This document shows positions 60,484 through 64,000 of a stretch of 64,000 nucleotides of DNA, piece by piece. The number at the start of each line of letters is the position of its first letter. Position 1 is the stretch's first letter. Made by a program: the position numbers and the translations under genes. The notes beneath the pieces are model-generated. The model had not been told where the DNA came from. It made no database searches and was given only the letters and a program-made list of their open reading frames with translations. This DNA comes from Candidatus Obscuribacteraceae bacterium (GTDB lineage: Bacteria; Cyanobacteriota; Vampirovibrionia; Obscuribacterales; Obscuribacteraceae): the NCBI GenBank assembly GCA_044229845.1, contig JBGASG010000002.1, forward strand, positions 480,001 through 544,000. Direction: 5' to 3'.

Positions 60484-61068
60484 ATGCTGAACAGGTTTTA
60501 CGGACTGATTATGTGCACCGCCGTGTCGGGCGCCATGCTCGCCGGTGTTTACATCCCATCGGATCCCCAGTACTACTTCCTGCTCTCCGGCATTCTCGCA
60601 GCCTGGGTAGTCGCCGACGCCATCGAGCGCCGCTACAATCCACTGCAGACCTTCAGTTGGGCTTTCGGCTCGATTCTCCTGGCGCCACTGGTGGTGCCTC
60701 GCTGGTATGCCACCAGAAAGCTGAAAATCGGTGAAGAACGCAAAGGCGGCAGAGACGCCAATTACTTGCAGGCGTTCGGCATCGTTACTGTGATGTACAC
60801 CGGACTCTCCTGCGCTCTCAACTTTCTCAACTTCGGATCTAATTGCGGCTTCGAGCTGATCATTCATACGGGCTTTGCCGCCGCCGGCTGCGCTCTGGTG
60901 ATGGGACTCAACTGCCGACAGGAGTCGGTCACCGAGACCGGACGCCCATTGCCTGACAGTGCTGCACCGCGCACCGCCGGCACCGCCGGCACCACCACCA
61001 CGGCTACGGCTGAGGTGGAAGTGACGACGACCGCCGCCCGCTCGCAGAGCGACGACCACCTCGACTAG
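60484..61068 (+). CDS. Hypothetical integral membrane protein
   Basis: About 5 TM segments, Thr-rich tail. Confidence 0.6.
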   Translation: MLNRFYGLIMCTAVSGAMLAGVYIPSDPQYYFLLSGILAAWVVADAIERRYNPLQTFSWAFGSILLAPLVVPRWYATRKLKIGEERKGGRDANYLQAFGIVTVMYTGLSCALNFLNFGSNCGFELIIHTGFAAAGCALVMGLNCRQESVTETGRPLPDSAAPRTAGTAGTTTTATAEVEVTTTAARSQSDDHLD

Positions 61069-61113
61069 TTCGCCTGGTTTCGACTGATTCACGTTCTAAA
61101 AGTTCAACTCGAC

Positions 61114-61146
61114 CGGGCTCGGTTCCTCACTTCGGTACCGAGCCCG
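61114..61146. terminator. Stem-loop upstream of rsmH
   Basis: CGGGCTCGGT...ACCGAGCCCG perfect 10-bp inverted repeat; no clear U-tract. Confidence 0.45.
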
Positions 61147-61204
61147 ATAATTTGCGGCGTGCATAAGCCGCGGAATGACGTGGCGCACAGTTATAATCAT
61201 CGCC

Positions 61205-62161
61205 ATGAGCGAAATGGCGCACACGCCGGTCATGGCGGATGAAGCTTTATCCTGGCTGAACATTCAGCCTGGCAAGACCTACGTCGACGCCACTGTCGGC
61301 GCCGGTGGTCACTTGCGAAAGATACTGGACGCCGCGGCTGGTCAGGGGCAAGTAATCGGCATCGACCGCGATCTGCTGTCGCTCGAACGCCTCAGGCAAT
61401 CGTTCGCCGGCAGCCCTGCGCACTGGCCGGAACTGGTGCATGCCAACTACAGCGAACTGCGCTCCGTGATCGGCGCGCTTGGATTCAGCACCATATCTGG
61501 TGGCATACTAGCCGATCTGGGCGTTTCCTCCATGCAGCTTGACAATTCAGATCGGGGGTTCAGCTTTGTCGATGATGGGCCCCTCGACATGCGCATGGAC
61601 CCGACAGCGCATACCACCGCCGAACAGCTGATAAATAAGTTAAGTGAAAAGGAATTGGCGGACGTCATATATCGATACGGAGAAGAGAGACTTAGCCGTC
61701 CAATAGCCAGAGCTATAGCCGGTGCACGGCCGTTGCATACAACCCTGCAACTAGCGGAAGTGGTATCGAAGGTGGTTCGACACTATCAGCGGGGTCACCG
61801 TTCTAAAGATTCGTCGCACCCGGCAACTCGCACTTTCCAAGCCATCCGCATTGCCGTTAATGACGAACTGGCAAACCTGGAATCGTTTTTGCGCGAGTCG
61901 ATAGACCTCTTGGAACCTGGCGCCAGGCTGGTTGTGATCACTTTTCACAGCCTCGAAGATCGCATGGTTAAGCAAATTCTCAGAGAGGCTGCATCGCCCT
62001 GTATCTGCCCGCCTCGCCATCCTATATGCACGTGCAATAAAACTGCGGTAATGAAAATTCTGACGCCAAAGCCGGTGGCACCCAGTGAGAAAGAAGTACT
62101 TGCCAATCCCCGGAGCCGTAGTGCTAAACTACGAGTCGGAGAGAGGTTGGGGAATTTCTGA
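61205..62161 (+). CDS. rsmH: 16S rRNA m4C1402 methyltransferase
   Basis: 'HTPVM', 'DATVGAGGH', 'DLGVSSMQLD', 'PLDMRMD', 'FQAIRIAVN.EL', 'FHSLEDR', 'NPRSRSAKLR'. Confidence 0.97.
   Translation: MSEMAHTPVMADEALSWLNIQPGKTYVDATVGAGGHLRKILDAAAGQGQVIGIDRDLLSLERLRQSFAGSPAHWPELVHANYSELRSVIGALGFSTISGGILADLGVSSMQLDNSDRGFSFVDDGPLDMRMDPTAHTTAEQLINKLSEKELADVIYRYGEERLSRPIARAIAGARPLHTTLQLAEVVSKVVRHYQRGHRSKDSSHPATRTFQAIRIAVNDELANLESFLRESIDLLEPGARLVVITFHSLEDRMVKQILREAASPCICPPRHPICTCNKTAVMKILTPKPVAPSEKEVLANPRSRSAKLRVGERLGNF
61489..61502. repeat. Dispersed 14-bp quasi-palindrome copy
   Basis: CACCATATCTGGTG, inside rsmH. Confidence 0.8.
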
Positions 62162-62166
62162 ACGGC

Positions 62167-62601
62167 ATGATGCAAGTTAGTCTTCCTGTTTCGAATGCAC
62201 CGACAAGCGCTCCGGCGCAACATATTTACGTCGTACCAGATTGGACGCCGAACACACGCGCCACCCGCCGCGTTCCGCTCGTCACCCGCGTCAACCGTTT
62301 GCTGCGCAACGTATTGATCACCATGTGTGGACTGGCTCTGCTCGGTTATGGACTGGACGTCGCAGCATCGAACGACGTCAGCAAATTGCAAGGACAAGCG
62401 CGCCGGCTCGGCGAGCAAAATACAGAACTGTCCGCGCAACTCCTGCGAGCCATCTCATTTCAAGGCATCCAGGCCAGTGTAGTCGGCCGCACCGGATTGC
62501 GCGTGCCGCCGCATGTGCTCGTCGTTCAAGAAGCAGAGCCAATAAAGCCTGAGCCTTACAAACCTTTGCGGCATTATCTGCCGCTGATGTCCGGATATTG
62601 A
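62167..62601 (+). CDS. ftsL: FtsL-like cell division protein
   Basis: TM plus coiled coil; located between rsmH and ftsI. Confidence 0.6.
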   Translation: MMQVSLPVSNAPTSAPAQHIYVVPDWTPNTRATRRVPLVTRVNRLLRNVLITMCGLALLGYGLDVAASNDVSKLQGQARRLGEQNTELSAQLLRAISFQGIQASVVGRTGLRVPPHVLVVQEAEPIKPEPYKPLRHYLPLMSGY

Positions 62602-62610
62602 TTTGACCTA

Positions 62611-62624
62611 CACCGAATGTGGTG
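62611..62624. repeat. Dispersed 14-bp quasi-palindrome copy (variant)
   Basis: CACCGAATGTGGTG (reverse complement CACCACATTCGGTG), intergenic upstream of ftsI. Confidence 0.55.
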
Positions 62625-62686
62625 GCACACCTCAGTGATGAAACGCCACCGGATCCTTTTATAAGACGGAGTGCTTGATTTCCGAG

Positions 62687-64000
62687 ATGCCCAGTAGGAC
62701 CAGACCGCCCGAGGTATCTCCGCCACGCCAGCCGACGACCTTCCGTCGCCAACCACGTTCTCCCCGATGGCGGCTGCGCCTCTGGGAGGTTTTGCTCTTC
62801 ATTGGTCTGTTTGCGATCTTCTGCCGCCTGTTCTATCTGCAAATCATTGTCGGACCCGACCTCACAAAGCGCGCCACCGTCCAGCGCCAGCAAACTAATT
62901 TACTTATACACCGCGGTGCCATCACGGACCGGCATGGTTTGCCGCTCGCCATTGATACCACCCGGTACGATATATACATCCATCCAGGACTGCTGAAAGT
63001 CTCTACCGAACAGGCGGTCGATCAGTTTTCGCGCATCACCAAAGTCAATCGCGAAAAGGTGAAGCGACTGCTTACCTCTGATTGGCCGGTCGTCACCCTC
63101 GCTCGCCACCTGGGACGCGAAGAGGTCGATGAACTGCAGGCACTCAACTGGACCGGCATCGATATAGTTCCGCGTTCGTTCCGCCACTACCCGGAAGCAA
63201 AACTGGCGGCGCACATTCTCGGATACGTCAACTTCGACACGCACGGACAGGGTGGTATCGAGCAAGCCGAAGAAGACATGCTGCAGGACACGGGCAATCT
63301 GCAGAAGCCACAATTAGACGGACACGGACGCCCGATTCTCACGGGCGGCAACGGGCAGGTGGCTGAGATTACACCACCGATGGGACGTCACGTTGAGCTG
63401 ACTATCGACAATTACTTGCAGCACCTGGCCGAAAAAGAGCTGACCGCCATGTGCTCCCACGCGCACGCGCAGCGCGGCACCGTCTTGATTACCAACCCGA
63501 CCACCGGCGAGATTCTCGCCTGGGCCAACTGGCCGCGCTATGATCCAAACGAATATCATAAGTATCCTTTTGAAGTGACTAAGAACTGGGCGATGGTCGA
63601 CGTCTACCAGCCCGGCTCGACCTTCAAGATATTGACCGTTTCTTCCGGACTGGATACGGGCGTCATCAAGCCCAACACCACGTTCGTCGACAACGGCACC
63701 ATCAGCATCGGCAACCGCACGCTGCACAACCACGACGGTGGCTTCGGCACCATCGATCTGCTGCATCTATTCATTCACTCCAGCAACGTCGCGTCGGCTC
63801 AAATAGGTCTGCGCATGACACCCAAGCAGTTCTACGACAAGCTCTGGGAATTCGGTCTGGGTCATCCGACCGGTATCGATCTGCCGGGCGAATCGTCGGG
63901 ACTTTTGACCAACTGGAAAAAGTGGCAGCCAATCGACCAGGCGACCACCGGATTTGGACAGGGCGCCATGGCAGTCACGCCACTGCAATTGGTGGCAGCC
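62687..64000 (+). CDS. ftsI: Class B penicillin-binding protein (FtsI/PBP3-like), 3'-truncated; absent from the ORF track
   Basis: Hand translation: TM 'LWEVLLFIGLFAIFCRLFYLQI', 'RGAITDRHG', 'RHYPE', 'LTID..LQ', 'YQPGSTFK' (SxxK), 'HSSNV' (SxN). Confidence 0.9.
   Translation, partial: MPSRTRPPEVSPPRQPTTFRRQPRSPRWRLRLWEVLLFIGLFAIFCRLFYLQIIVGPDLTKRATVQRQQTNLLIHRGAITDRHGLPLAIDTTRYDIYIHPGLLKVSTEQAVDQFSRITKVNREKVKRLLTSDWPVVTLARHLGREEVDELQALNWTGIDIVPRSFRHYPEAKLAAHILGYVNFDTHGQGGIEQAEEDMLQDTGNLQKPQLDGHGRPILTGGNGQVAEITPPMGRHVELTIDNYLQHLAEKELTAMCSHAHAQRGTVLITNPTTGEILAWANWPRYDPNEYHKYPFEVTKNWAMVDVYQPGSTFKILTVSSGLDTGVIKPNTTFVDNGTISIGNRTLHNHDGGFGTIDLLHLFIHSSNVASAQIGLRMTPKQFYDKLWEFGLGHPTGIDLPGESSGLLTNWKKWQPIDQATTGFGQGAMAVTPLQLVAA

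Overview
Bacterial chromosomal window, most likely from a non-photosynthetic member of Cyanobacteriota (Vampirovibrionia/Melainabacteria, probably Obscuribacterales). The basis is that the 16S gene carries the cyanobacterial CYA781R primer site exactly, two cyanobacteria/plastid-type conserved proteins are present, and no photosynthesis genes are seen; the order-level call is inference. It holds about 46 CDS: housekeeping genes (asnS, sdaA, mazG, dapF, ftsQ, dppA, rsmH-ftsL-ftsI), many TPR/Sel1/low-complexity proteins and several proteases. No transposase, integrase, tRNA or CRISPR array was found. Main observations: (1) a dispersed 14-bp quasi-palindrome CACCAYATNYRGTG occurs at least 11 times, mostly inside coding regions in different frames; (2) two copies of an apparently uncharacterised two-gene cassette, a calpain/papain-like Cys peptidase plus a small paralogous partner, share conserved 5'-leader blocks; (3) the 16S rRNA gene is unlinked, with its own promoter, processing stem and terminator; (4) two deletion-type lesions occur, a frameshift in the second peptidase and an in-frame Ugd-Uxs fusion. 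All family calls are by motif recognition, not database search.
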